A stretch of DNA of 64,000 nucleotides from Candidatus Pacearchaeota archaeon (lineage in GTDB: Archaea > Nanobdellota > Nanobdellia > Pacearchaeales > GW2011-AR1). The stretch's first letter is position 1; each line of letters starts with the position of its first letter. Below are positions 38,338-48,345 of this stretch, in pieces. Location of the stretch: contig JAAOYJ010000003.1 of NCBI GenBank assembly GCA_018221285.1, positions 14,768-78,767 on the forward strand, given 5' to 3'. The notes below the pieces were generated by a model, which was given only the letters and a program-made list of their open reading frames with translations, was not told the origin of the DNA and searched no databases. Position numbers and translations under genes: made by a program.

Positions 38338-38547
38338 ATGAATAAATTAGATTGGTTTGAAACAAAAAAAGCAACAACATCATTTGCTTTAGTTGCATTG
38401 GCTGGAGGATTTATATTCTTAAATCGCGGAATCACTGGAAACGTAATCCTCGACAGCAAATACTCATTTAATATGCTCTCAATAATAGGCCTTCTACTAA
38501 TTGTATGTGCAGTTGTATTAGGAGCCCATACTATTTGGAAGAAATAA
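38338..38547 (+). CDS. Small two-TM protein with an ITGNVI loop
   Basis: Two hydrophobic helices flanking ITGNVI. Confidence 0.65.
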   Translation: MNKLDWFETKKATTSFALVALAGGFIFLNRGITGNVILDSKYSFNMLSIIGLLLIVCAVVLGAHTIWKK

Positions 38548-38598
38548 ATTAGAATCGTTCTCAAAAAAAAAACCACCTTAATTATATTTAAAAATTAA

Positions 38599-41500
38599 TT
38601 AAAGTGCGAGGCAGCCAATCTCTGTGGTAATTTCACTTCTAAAATTTTCCTCAAGACCATAAACCAAAGATAATCTTTCGCATCTTTTTTCTGTTACGAA
38701 TTGCGCCCCGTCCCCTAAGACACAACAACCTTTTTTACAATAAGAAACACTGCAGCCAACATCTTCTGTCCAAACCCCATTATCATCTTCACAAATATTC
38801 TTTGGAGCACTTTTAATACAATCCCCTTCATTATTATCATAACAACAACCAAGTTCTAGATAAGAACCAATATTAGTTCTCGTCGATAAATATACTTCAG
38901 CATAAACCTGCTCACCAGGATAACTAATTTCAGCACCATATTGGTCTGAATCACTTTTATCTGTTGTTACAATTGTGCCCCAGTAATCAACATCTTTGTA
39001 AAGATCATCATTACTTTCAACCTGAATATTATCGAATACATTATCCTCTCTCCATGTTGTTTCAACATCCTTAACTCCAACCCCGTCAATAGAATTCCCT
39101 TCTCCTTCCATTTTAACAATTAATGCCTCATAATTTCCCCTATCATCCTGCTCTTCAAATATAACCATTGCTGGAAGTTCAATCGCCAAGCCAGAAACAT
39201 CAAGAAGATATATTCTTGTCGGATTGTTCTCTCCACCATTCATGATACTATATCTTAAGGGCCCAACATTTGCAGTTACAGAAACACCACTTGCAGGCGA
39301 AGGAATCGGTACATCCATATACCCACCCCCATCAGGGAATTTCAATGTGGCCAAATCATTTCCATTGTCATCCCAATTAACTAAATCTATTGTTAGGGGT
39401 TCATAAAAAGCTACTCTTGCTCCTTTAGATGTCTGTATTGAGGGATAGATTATTGCTTCCCCCACACCACTATCCGGATAATCTAAAGTAACATAATCAC
39501 ACCCTTCACAAGATTCATCATGGTATCTAACATTATACACTTTTCCTCCAACAACCATCTCACCAAAACCTTCTTTATTAACCCCTCCAGTAATAACTTC
39601 GTATGTATCTTCTTTATTGAAAACATCTCTAAACACTATGTCATCGTCGGTACTATCAGAATCATTACTAAACTGATAAAATTCAAGTAAGAAACCTTCG
39701 TCCTCATTACCTACTACAACATATTGAGATACGTTAATCTTTTCTCCTTCAATTACATGAATTATGTCGTCTATTCTTCCATCCGCAAGTCTTGCAGGCG
39801 TTGCATCAGCATTATACCATGTTATGCTTTCTAAATCGCCAGTATGAGTAGTCATTTCAAGCGTGGCCGTATTATCTCCTGAAGAATCAATCTTAATCAA
39901 TTCCCGATTATTATTATAATAAACTGATGAAAAATCTATTCCAAAAGTCCCAAAAACAGGGTCCACAAATGCTTCTCCGACAAGAATAACATCAACATCA
40001 GAATCTTCTGCAACAACATCAATATAAAACCCTGTTAAACTATCTACTCCTCCATTAAACCGAACTAATGTCCCATCAATACTATCTTCATCAGAACCAA
40101 TTTTTACCTTATTTCCATTTTGAAGAAGTATTTTGTTTGCCCCAACAGTAATCTCTGCAGTTAATCTGTTTGTAGCAGTATCTTCATCTGCCCAATTAAC
40201 AGCAATTTCAATTCCTTGGACATTTTCATAAGAACCTTCACTAATCTCTTTGCTTTGGGATGCTCCAATACTATTAGTAACCTTAATAATTGCAGAGGTA
40301 TCTGAAGATCCTAGGATTTCAATAGTATATGAAATACTATTAATAATGACCGTTTTTGAAGCAGGGTCTGTACCTCCAACAGATAACTTTACTGTTTCAA
40401 AAGATTCATACAAGTAAAGTTTTGAACTTGTAGTTCCGGCCCCAACAGCATATTCTTTACCGAAGAGGGTTATTGGATTCCCAATCAAATCAAAACTTGT
40501 AAAATCTGTTGCCCTATCAAATGTAATCTGGGACGTATAAACAGGTTCACTTACAAAGGTACTCATTGCGATTGTAAATGCAGGATCATCATCCGAAGTA
40601 GGTGCTTGAGCATAAACAAACTCTGCCCCAGAACCAATATTTATTGTCTGAATATAATCAACATACTGGCCATCCAATTCAATATTCTCTCCATCTTTCA
40701 ACAAACTAGGCAAGTCATTATCTGTTAAAGTTTGTCTAACATTATTAATAGAATCTCCTAAATAAATCTTAGATGAAGAAGTAAACAATCCAAAAGACTC
40801 TCCTTCGGAAGAAACAAGAACTTCTATTGCCAAACTTAATTCCTCTTGAGCTCCACTCCCATAAATCATCGTACAAATAGCATCATCTCTTGCACAATAA
40901 AGAGCTACTTGAAAATCATAGATTCCTGCTTCTTCTGGATAATTTCCTTCTATACGCCATCTCCCCTCTCCAATATATTCAGCATTACCTCCAAATACTG
41001 TAGGCTCACCAGGAATTCTTGAAGAAATATAAACTTGAACATTAAATCCTTCAGAAGGTTCAGGATAAGTTCCATCTGATTCAGAAGTCTCTATCTCAAC
41101 CATAAATTCTTCGCCAGCATTTATAATTCCACCAAAATTATCTAAATCAACAATTTCAAAAGATCTCTCATCATCATCTCCTAAAAATTTGAACAAACAT
41201 TCATTATAACCCTCATCACTAAAGGGATTAAAAACTTTACACAAAAACTGGAAAAGATTCCTCCTAAACGCACTTGTCTCATCTAAAACATTCTTAATCT
41301 CAATACATTCCCCACTTGAACAAACATTGCTCTCACACTCATAATTGTTCTGGCATGTTGCCGAATTCCCTCGAGAGTCTGCTTTTTTTTGCTCTTCTAA
41401 CTCTCCATTAATCTCACAATACATATCCAACAAAGCATTACCTCCAGTTTCATCTTCTCTAAGCTGCACTCTAAATCCATAGGGAATGCACGCCCCATCA

Positions 41501-43026
41501 AACTCGCACCCACTACACTCTCCAGGATTACAGCTCACTTCTTCATCATAATCCCCAGAATTACAATCAACATCTTGGCATTCTTTTATTTGTATCCCGC
41601 TACTCGGACAAATATCAGGTTCTACCTGACACAAATATCTTGGAGTGCAAATACTATTATCTACACATCTTCCATATTCACAAACCTTTCCTTCTAAGGA
41701 ACAATCATAATTCTCTACTTGAGTAATATCTCCTTCACAATAATATTCTCCAACAACATTTACCTTAGCACCGTCTCCACAAAAATCTTTTTTTATCCCT
41801 CCTCCGCCCGAACTACTACTCCCTGAACTTGAAGAATAAGTAGAACTAGAATAAAAAGAACAAGAACCAGCCTCATAATAATTCAATCCATCAGGAAAAG
41901 CACTAGTTACATCACTATCATTACAAGATCTTATTGTTGTTTGGTTACAATCAATAGTGCATCTATCTGCCTCATGTGCTTCACAAATCCCATTTCCACA
42001 TGAATTTTCTGTACAACATTGAGCACTAGTAGGATCTACACTACAACTTAAATCAACTTCATTTCCAGGAGCACAAACGTCAGGATGAACACAAACATTT
42101 CCTGAACTTTGACAAAGATTAGTTGCATTTGAAATTACACACTTCCCCCCATCACAAACCTTTCCTTCAGTTGAACAATCATAAGGATAACTTCCTGAAA
42201 CCCTCGCATCATCTTCACATTTGAACTCAAATAATTGATTAGTATTTACACAAATATCTGTAGTACTAGTCCCCTCAAAATTAATAACGTCTCCTTTAAC
42301 GTCATAATTCAATCCACCATCACTATCATTACACCATTCTTCTGCAGAAGGACCATACAACTCCTGAACTTCTTGTGCACTTAATGCCTTATTATAAACT
42401 CTTAAATCATCTATTCTTCCATTAAAAAAGTATTTTGACTGAAAAGGCTCTCTTCCAATAGCAGAGGATCCAGTAGTAGGAGCCAAGGATTTACTTGTAC
42501 CCATGGCCCTATCTAATTCTCCATTAACATAAGTTTTGATAGAATTTGATGACTTATCATAAACTCCAACAACATGGTACCAGTTATTAGTCTGCAAGGA
42601 TGTTCCTCCAGACACCCACCTAATTAAACCAATATTATTGTTTTCGTCTCTTATCTCAAACTCTAATTTATTATTTGTGAACATACCCAACTTAAATCCT
42701 CCGGCTCTTCCATCCTGTGTTCCAAATATTTTTTGATCTTTTCCACCAGAAGTTAAGTAAATCCATGCTGCAACAGTAACTCCATCAACCAATTCATTTA
42801 ACGAAGGATCCACTGCAATCCCAACAAATCCATTACCATTAAAATTCATTCCATTACCAAATTTACCATCGACAAATGTTGCACCATAAATATCTCCATC
42901 ATTACTCCCGGCAGAATCTTTCACATTCCCTTCAAATTCATAATGGGCAACCAAATTATCCTCTGCAACAACCCCACTAACCAATAAAATAAACATCAAC
43001 CCGAATATCAAAAAACTTCTTCTCAT
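38599..43026 (-). CDS. Large surface protein: LamG domain, Cys-rich repeats, S-layer-like domain
   Basis: Signal peptide from ATG 43026; LamG (AHYEFEG...WYHVVGVY...FNGRIDDLRVYNKALS), CNDSD repeats, S-layer-like C-terminal half. Confidence 0.85.
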   Translation of the reverse strand: MRRSFLIFGLMFILLVSGVVAEDNLVAHYEFEGNVKDSAGSNDGDIYGATFVDGKFGNGMNFNGNGFVGIAVDPSLNELVDGVTVAAWIYLTSGGKDQKIFGTQDGRAGGFKLGMFTNNKLEFEIRDENNNIGLIRWVSGGTSLQTNNWYHVVGVYDKSSNSIKTYVNGELDRAMGTSKSLAPTTGSSAIGREPFQSKYFFNGRIDDLRVYNKALSAQEVQELYGPSAEEWCNDSDGGLNYDVKGDVINFEGTSTTDICVNTNQLFEFKCEDDARVSGSYPYDCSTEGKVCDGGKCVISNATNLCQSSGNVCVHPDVCAPGNEVDLSCSVDPTSAQCCTENSCGNGICEAHEADRCTIDCNQTTIRSCNDSDVTSAFPDGLNYYEAGSCSFYSSSTYSSSSGSSSSGGGGIKKDFCGDGAKVNVVGEYYCEGDITQVENYDCSLEGKVCEYGRCVDNSICTPRYLCQVEPDICPSSGIQIKECQDVDCNSGDYDEEVSCNPGECSGCEFDGACIPYGFRVQLREDETGGNALLDMYCEINGELEEQKKADSRGNSATCQNNYECESNVCSSGECIEIKNVLDETSAFRRNLFQFLCKVFNPFSDEGYNECLFKFLGDDDERSFEIVDLDNFGGIINAGEEFMVEIETSESDGTYPEPSEGFNVQVYISSRIPGEPTVFGGNAEYIGEGRWRIEGNYPEEAGIYDFQVALYCARDDAICTMIYGSGAQEELSLAIEVLVSSEGESFGLFTSSSKIYLGDSINNVRQTLTDNDLPSLLKDGENIELDGQYVDYIQTINIGSGAEFVYAQAPTSDDDPAFTIAMSTFVSEPVYTSQITFDRATDFTSFDLIGNPITLFGKEYAVGAGTTSSKLYLYESFETVKLSVGGTDPASKTVIINSISYTIEILGSSDTSAIIKVTNSIGASQSKEISEGSYENVQGIEIAVNWADEDTATNRLTAEITVGANKILLQNGNKVKIGSDEDSIDGTLVRFNGGVDSLTGFYIDVVAEDSDVDVILVGEAFVDPVFGTFGIDFSSVYYNNNRELIKIDSSGDNTATLEMTTHTGDLESITWYNADATPARLADGRIDDIIHVIEGEKINVSQYVVVGNEDEGFLLEFYQFSNDSDSTDDDIVFRDVFNKEDTYEVITGGVNKEGFGEMVVGGKVYNVRYHDESCEGCDYVTLDYPDSGVGEAIIYPSIQTSKGARVAFYEPLTIDLVNWDDNGNDLATLKFPDGGGYMDVPIPSPASGVSVTANVGPLRYSIMNGGENNPTRIYLLDVSGLAIELPAMVIFEEQDDRGNYEALIVKMEGEGNSIDGVGVKDVETTWREDNVFDNIQVESNDDLYKDVDYWGTIVTTDKSDSDQYGAEISYPGEQVYAEVYLSTRTNIGSYLELGCCYDNNEGDCIKSAPKNICEDDNGVWTEDVGCSVSYCKKGCCVLGDGAQFVTEKRCERLSLVYGLEENFRSEITTEIGCLAL

Positions 43027-43100
43027 ATTATTAGGAACAAAAGTCCATTTAAATAAATTTCTACACAAACCTATTTATAGCCATTCTCTTTTTCCAAATC

Positions 43101-44654
43101 ATGCCTGATAAATTTCTACAAAATATAAAACCAAGAGAATATCAACAAAAGATTTTCGAAAGTTGTATTAAAAATAACTGCTTGGTTGTGCTTCCAACAG
43201 GATTAGGTAAAACATTAATCGCATTAATGCTAACCATCGAAAGAATGAAACAACATCTTGGAGAAAAAGTCGTTATGTTAGCTCCTACAAAACCCTTGGC
43301 AGAACAACACCTAAACTATTTTAAAAAATATCTTCCTGAACTCTTCGCTGACATGCAGTTATTCACTGGTATGGTCAAGGCAGAAAAGCGGCAAGAGATC
43401 TGGAAAACCGCTGACATAATTTTCTCAACTCCGCAGTGCGTTGCAAATGACCTCAAAAAGAATCTCTACTCTCTAGAAAATGTCTGCCTATTAATAGAAG
43501 ATGAAGCGCACAGATGCGTTAAAAATTATGATTATAATTTCATAGCAAAAAAATACCAATCACAGGCCGCCAATCCAAGAATATTAGGGCTTACAGCCTC
43601 TCCAGGAAGTGATGAAAAAAGAATCAAACAAATTTGTAGAAACCTTTTCATAAAAGATGTTGAATTGAGGACAAGGGAAAGCGACGACGTGAAAGACTAT
43701 CTCCAAGAGTTAGAATTCGAAAAAATCGTTGTAGACTTTCCTCCAGAATTTGAAGAGATACGACAAGTACTCAAAAAATTATTCGATGGCTATGTTGAAG
43801 AATTAAAACGTAGAAGAGTTCTCTACACTTACCCTTCTAAAACCGGATTAATACTTCTTCAAAAAAAGATGGGCGCAACTCTTGCAAGAGGTGGAAAGAA
43901 TTTCAATTATATGTTAGGTTTAAGTGCCTGCGCACAAGCTATTAAACTTCAACACGCGCTTGAACTTTTGGAAACCCAAACCCTAACAAGTTTTAACAAG
44001 TATCTAAAAAACTTATTTAACCAAGCAGCAAAAAAGCAAAGCAAAGGAGTTGTCAAACTTGTTGCAAAACCAGAATTCAATTTTATCTACACCTCTACAA
44101 ACGAACTCCTTGCTAAAGAAGTTGAACATCCAAAACTTGAGAGGTTGATTGAAATAATAAAAGATGAAAAAAGGAAAAATGATAATGTTAAAATGATTGT
44201 TTTTACACAATTCAGAGATACAGCGACGACAATTCATAAAAAACTTAAAGAACTAAAAAATATAAAATCAAAGGTTTTTGTGGGGCAAGCAAAAAAAGCA
44301 GACACCGGGCTAAGCCAAAAAGAACAAAAGAAAATTCTACAGGAATTCTCAGACGGAGAAATCGACATAATCCTTTCAACTTCAATAGGAGAAGAAGGAC
44401 TAGATATCCCAGAAGTAAATTCTGTAATCTTCTACGAGCCAATTCCATCAGCAATAAGATCTATTCAAAGAGCTGGAAGAACTGCAAGATTAATGAAAGG
44501 TAAACTCATAATTCTTATAACTAAAAAAACACGTGACGAAACATTTTTCTATGTCTCAAAAGCAAGAGAAAAAAGCATGCACAAAGCAATAGGTTCAATC
44601 AAGGATGAACTCACAAGAAATAATCTGTTGGAATTCCAGGATGAATTAAAATGA
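43101..44654 (+). CDS. hef: Hef/FANCM-like SF2 helicase (helicase part of a split Hef)
   Basis: PREYQ, PTGLGKT, DEAH, LTASPG, EEGLDIP, QRAGRTAR. Confidence 0.92.
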   Translation: MPDKFLQNIKPREYQQKIFESCIKNNCLVVLPTGLGKTLIALMLTIERMKQHLGEKVVMLAPTKPLAEQHLNYFKKYLPELFADMQLFTGMVKAEKRQEIWKTADIIFSTPQCVANDLKKNLYSLENVCLLIEDEAHRCVKNYDYNFIAKKYQSQAANPRILGLTASPGSDEKRIKQICRNLFIKDVELRTRESDDVKDYLQELEFEKIVVDFPPEFEEIRQVLKKLFDGYVEELKRRRVLYTYPSKTGLILLQKKMGATLARGGKNFNYMLGLSACAQAIKLQHALELLETQTLTSFNKYLKNLFNQAAKKQSKGVVKLVAKPEFNFIYTSTNELLAKEVEHPKLERLIEIIKDEKRKNDNVKMIVFTQFRDTATTIHKKLKELKNIKSKVFVGQAKKADTGLSQKEQKKILQEFSDGEIDIILSTSIGEEGLDIPEVNSVIFYEPIPSAIRSIQRAGRTARLMKGKLIILITKKTRDETFFYVSKAREKSMHKAIGSIKDELTRNNLLEFQDELK

Positions 44655-45061
44655 ATGTATGGGGGATGAAAGACGTAGCATTATTTGATCCTTGGACATT
44701 CATCCACATTCTCGGAGGAATCGTATTGGGAACTATTTTATTTTCAATATTAAAAAATCATGAAAAAACAGATAGAATAAAGATAAGTATATTAGTTATT
44801 TTAATTATGGCATATTCCTGGGAAGCCACTGAAATGCTTATAGAAATTGGTTTTCTTGGAGAAACATTAAAACATTGGTTTTGGGGAGTTGAATATCTTC
44901 CTAATAGAATCATAATTGATCCTTTAGCAACTATGGGAGGATTTTTCTTATTCTTAAAAAAACCAAATTTAGGAAAGATTTCTTTATTTCTTTATCTAAT
45001 ATGGTGGATAGTACATATTTTTATATTCCCAAATGCAGTTTATCTACAACAAATAATTTAA
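44651..45061 (+). CDS. Membrane protein with FDPWT..H...WE..E motif (DUF2585/DUF2238-like)
   Basis: Four TM helices with H, WE and D residues; overlaps the hef stop. Confidence 0.6.
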   Translation: MNVWGMKDVALFDPWTFIHILGGIVLGTILFSILKNHEKTDRIKISILVILIMAYSWEATEMLIEIGFLGETLKHWFWGVEYLPNRIIIDPLATMGGFFLFLKKPNLGKISLFLYLIWWIVHIFIFPNAVYLQQII

Positions 45062-45062
45062 A

Positions 45063-45827
45063 ATGACTCTCCTACATGACATCTTCCAAAAGAAACAATC
45101 AAAACCCAAAAAAGATATTCCAAAACAAAAAATCATCGTCGACTATCGAGAGAAAAGCTGTTTAGTTCCATCAGAACTAGTCAGCCTCGGATTTGAAGTT
45201 GAATTTAAAGAACTAAAAGTTGGAGATTATATTGTCAAAGAAACTGCAATTGAAAGAAAAACTGTCTCCGATTTTATCTCATCCATGATAAACAAACGTC
45301 TTCTAAACCAACTTGAAGAACTTCAACAATATGAAAATCGATTATTAATCATCGAGGGAATTGCTGAACAAGATTTATACAATGATAACCAAAAAATGAT
45401 TTCGCGAGACTATCTAATGTCTGTGCCGAAGGCGCTGACGGGTGGGAGGGCACGGGCCCCGAGCGAAAATGGCAATGGTGTAAACGCAAATGCAATAAGA
45501 GGTTTTCTATTATCAATACTTCTCAAACACAAAGTCCCAATCATATTCACAAAAGATTACAAAGATACTGCAAAGTTTATCTCAATACTTTCAAAAAAAC
45601 AAGATAAAGAAGTTTCACTAAATGCGAAAAAGAAATCTCTAAATAAAAAAGAGCAACTCCAATTCATCATCGAAGGTTTTCCAGGAATCGGCCCAACAAC
45701 TGCAAAAAAACTTTTAGAAGAATTCAAATCAATCAAAAACATAACCAACGCCTCCGAAGAAGATTTAACAAAAGTTCTTGGAAAAAAAGCAGAGATAATC
45801 AAAAGGTTAGTTGAAGAGAAATACTAA
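45063..45827 (+). CDS. ERCC4/XPF nuclease with HhH (nuclease part of a split Hef), carrying an in-frame 72-bp repeat insertion
   Basis: VDYRE, GDY, ERKT..DF, FPGIG HhH. Confidence 0.92.
   Translation: MTLLHDIFQKKQSKPKKDIPKQKIIVDYREKSCLVPSELVSLGFEVEFKELKVGDYIVKETAIERKTVSDFISSMINKRLLNQLEELQQYENRLLIIEGIAEQDLYNDNQKMISRDYLMSVPKALTGGRARAPSENGNGVNANAIRGFLLSILLKHKVPIIFTKDYKDTAKFISILSKKQDKEVSLNAKKKSLNKKEQLQFIIEGFPGIGPTTAKKLLEEFKSIKNITNASEEDLTKVLGKKAEIIKRLVEEKY
45399..45470 (+). mobile_element. MITE/REP-like 72-bp element, intragenic in-frame copy (family B)
   Basis: 61/72 nt ungapped identity (manual count) to 55296-55367; ends atttcgc...gcgaaaat. Confidence 0.8.
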
Positions 45828-45863
45828 CCTATATACTACAATATATACTTTACAACATATATA

Positions 45864-46664
45864 TTAAATCAACTCAGACAAAATCTTAGCGCCCAAATTC
45901 ACAGTTTTCCCACCTTCATCTTTATCAGGATTTATTTCAACAATATCTACCGCCTTCAAAGTTTTAATTTTATTTATCCTTTGAATCAAATAAATTAATT
46001 GCCTGCTAGATAATCCTCCTGAAACAGGATACCCTGTGGCCGGAGCAAAGGCCGGATCAACCACATCTATATCTATGGAAACATAGAGCTCTTTACCCAA
46101 CGCAAACTCCATAATTGTATCACAAGTGTCCTGATAATTATTTTCAAACCTATTCAACGAAATCGTTCTAATTCCTTTTTCTTTTATAAAATTCAACTCT
46201 TCTTTCCATGAATTTCTTAAACCGACAATCAAAACATTTTTGGGAGGAAAACCATCTTCTATTAACTTGCTTAACCATTCCTCATGCGTCGGCTCTTTCA
46301 TCGGTTTCATACAATCTGGATGAGCATCAAATACAATCAAACAAGGTTCTTTCCCTTTATTCTGAACACTATCAAAAAAAGCACGTGTCAAAGAATAACT
46401 AATAGAATGGTCTCCCCCCAAGAAAACCACGCGAGGCTTCTCCTCAAAAGCCTCAAACGCATTTTTATAAATTAATTTATTTGCTTCTTCAAGATTACTA
46501 TTATCAACATGAATCTCTTCTAAATCCAATTTATCAACATCAATAATTTTTCCCCCCTCATTTGTATGGATTGTTCTAAGAACTTTCAAGAGCTCATTTC
46601 CTGCATTCTCACACCCAAGTGTTTTGCCTAAGCCATTGATGCATGGCACTTTTACTATAAACAT
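45864..46664 (-). CDS. Arginase/agmatinase family ureohydrolase
   Basis: GGDHS, DAHPD, SIDIDVVDP..AP.TG, DIVEINP; start re-set to ATG 46664. Confidence 0.9.
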   Translation of the reverse strand: MFIVKVPCINGLGKTLGCENAGNELLKVLRTIHTNEGGKIIDVDKLDLEEIHVDNSNLEEANKLIYKNAFEAFEEKPRVVFLGGDHSISYSLTRAFFDSVQNKGKEPCLIVFDAHPDCMKPMKEPTHEEWLSKLIEDGFPPKNVLIVGLRNSWKEELNFIKEKGIRTISLNRFENNYQDTCDTIMEFALGKELYVSIDIDVVDPAFAPATGYPVSGGLSSRQLIYLIQRINKIKTLKAVDIVEINPDKDEGGKTVNLGAKILSELI

Positions 46665-46679
46665 TTTATCTTTCCCAGA

Positions 46680-46717
46680 CCATTGTGTTGTTTTTCGTAA
46701 GAAAAACAATGCAGTGG
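46680..46717. other. Long intergenic hairpin
   Basis: ccattgtgttgtttttc-gtaa-gaaaaacaatgcagtgg, 17-bp imperfect stem. Confidence 0.55.
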
Positions 46718-46792
46718 AAATCTTTGATTTGCTCTAATCCCTGGAACCTTTATTACTTGCATAGAAAAAAGATAGGACATGGGTTTTTAAGA

Positions 46793-48001
46793 TTAATCCT
46801 CTGGAACAAGAGCAAAAAAACTATACTTCTCTCCAACCTTCTTCGCCAACTCCTTAACATCTTCTAATTTAACAGCCTTAATATTTTTTTCAAACTCATA
46901 ATACTCTTTAGCATCCCCATCAATTTCATGAAAGAGAAGCCTGACCATTTGATTCTGAGAATCTTCCATTCCGATCTTATATTGTCCAACCATCTGTTTC
47001 TTAATTTGATCCAATTCTTCTTCATCCAATCCATCTGCTACCTTTTCAAATTCCTTAAGGATTAGTTCTTTAACCTTTTCAACATTCTCCTTCATTGTCC
47101 CCACATAAACAAAATTATATCCAAAATCCTTAGTTATATCCGAACCTCCACTGACAGCATAGGCTAAATTCCTTTTTTCTCTTATTTCGGCGAACAACCT
47201 CGAAGACAATCCTTCTGCCATTAAAGGGCTAAGAATGCTCGCAGGATAAGATTTTTTATCTCCTGCCAAAGGAACATGATATGCAAAAACTAAATTCGCT
47301 TGGTCCAATCCTTTTCTCTTTTCTATTTTAGTTTCATTCTTTAAATCAAATTTTTGTGTAGGAACCAATCCTTTTTTATCTCCAAAATTCTTCTCCACAA
47401 ATTTAACAACTTCTTCAAAATCCACATCACCAATAACACATAAAATCATATTATTCGGATGATAAATTTCTTCAAACTTTGCAACCATTTTTTTCCTATC
47501 AATAGCTTTCATTGTCTCATGAGTTCCTATTAAATCTACGCTTAAGGCTCCATCATAAAGTGCTTTTTGGATTTCATCAAAAACATGTATATTCGGCCTA
47601 TCCCTCCTCATCTTAATCTCTTCAAAAATAACTTTTCTCTCTTTCTCTAATTCTTTCTCATCAAACAAGGGGTTTTTAATCATATCTCCCAAAACATCTA
47701 AAGCAACTCCTAATTGTTCTGAAGGCATTTTACACCAATAAGCAGTAATTAAATCACTTGTGAATCCATTTAAAACTCCTCCATTTTTCTCAATCTCTCC
47801 TGTAAGTTGTTTTGAATTTCTCGTCGGAGTTCCTTTGTAAAGCATATGCTCTATAAAATGAGAAATACCCTTCTCTTCCATGCTCTCATTAATCCCTCCT
47901 GCACGCACAGCAAACGCCACACTCACCACAGGAACATCTCTTTTCTCAAAAATAATTGTCATTCCATTACTAAGAACTTTTCTCTTAAAATCAAATTTCA
48001 T
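46793..48001 (-). CDS. M16 (pitrilysin-like) zinc peptidase
   Basis: HFIEH motif, E..VI.EE, SRLF.EIREK..LAY. Confidence 0.93.
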   Translation of the reverse strand: MKFDFKRKVLSNGMTIIFEKRDVPVVSVAFAVRAGGINESMEEKGISHFIEHMLYKGTPTRNSKQLTGEIEKNGGVLNGFTSDLITAYWCKMPSEQLGVALDVLGDMIKNPLFDEKELEKERKVIFEEIKMRRDRPNIHVFDEIQKALYDGALSVDLIGTHETMKAIDRKKMVAKFEEIYHPNNMILCVIGDVDFEEVVKFVEKNFGDKKGLVPTQKFDLKNETKIEKRKGLDQANLVFAYHVPLAGDKKSYPASILSPLMAEGLSSRLFAEIREKRNLAYAVSGGSDITKDFGYNFVYVGTMKENVEKVKELILKEFEKVADGLDEEELDQIKKQMVGQYKIGMEDSQNQMVRLLFHEIDGDAKEYYEFEKNIKAVKLEDVKELAKKVGEKYSFFALVPED

Positions 48002-48035
48002 AAACTAAAAGAATTATCTGAGTATATAAAATTAA

Positions 48036-48239
48036 TTATCCAGAAAACAAAGAATACATTCCATATCCCACTGCAATAATTACCACTGCTACAATTAACC
48101 AAAACCACCATCTCTTATAGAATGGTTTCCCTTCAAGCGGAGATGTTGGCGGGCTTGCCGCAGGAGTAGCTACAGGTTGCACTGGTGTAGCAGCCGCAGG
48201 CGCTACAAGTGGTGCTGTGGGTTGAACTTGTTGTGCCAT
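48036..48239 (-). CDS. Small Pro/Ala-rich tail-anchored protein
   Basis: KPFYKRWWFW plus C-terminal TM; SD aggaggt. Confidence 0.7.
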   Translation of the reverse strand: MAQQVQPTAPLVAPAAATPVQPVATPAASPPTSPLEGKPFYKRWWFWLIVAVVIIAVGYGMYSLFSG

Positions 48240-48345
48240 ATCATTAACCTCCTTTAGTTACCTAACAAACAAACTCTCTTTTATAAATATTTATCTTTTA
48301 CAGAAACAGATATATCGTTAGGTAAAATGACTGTGTCGATTTTGA

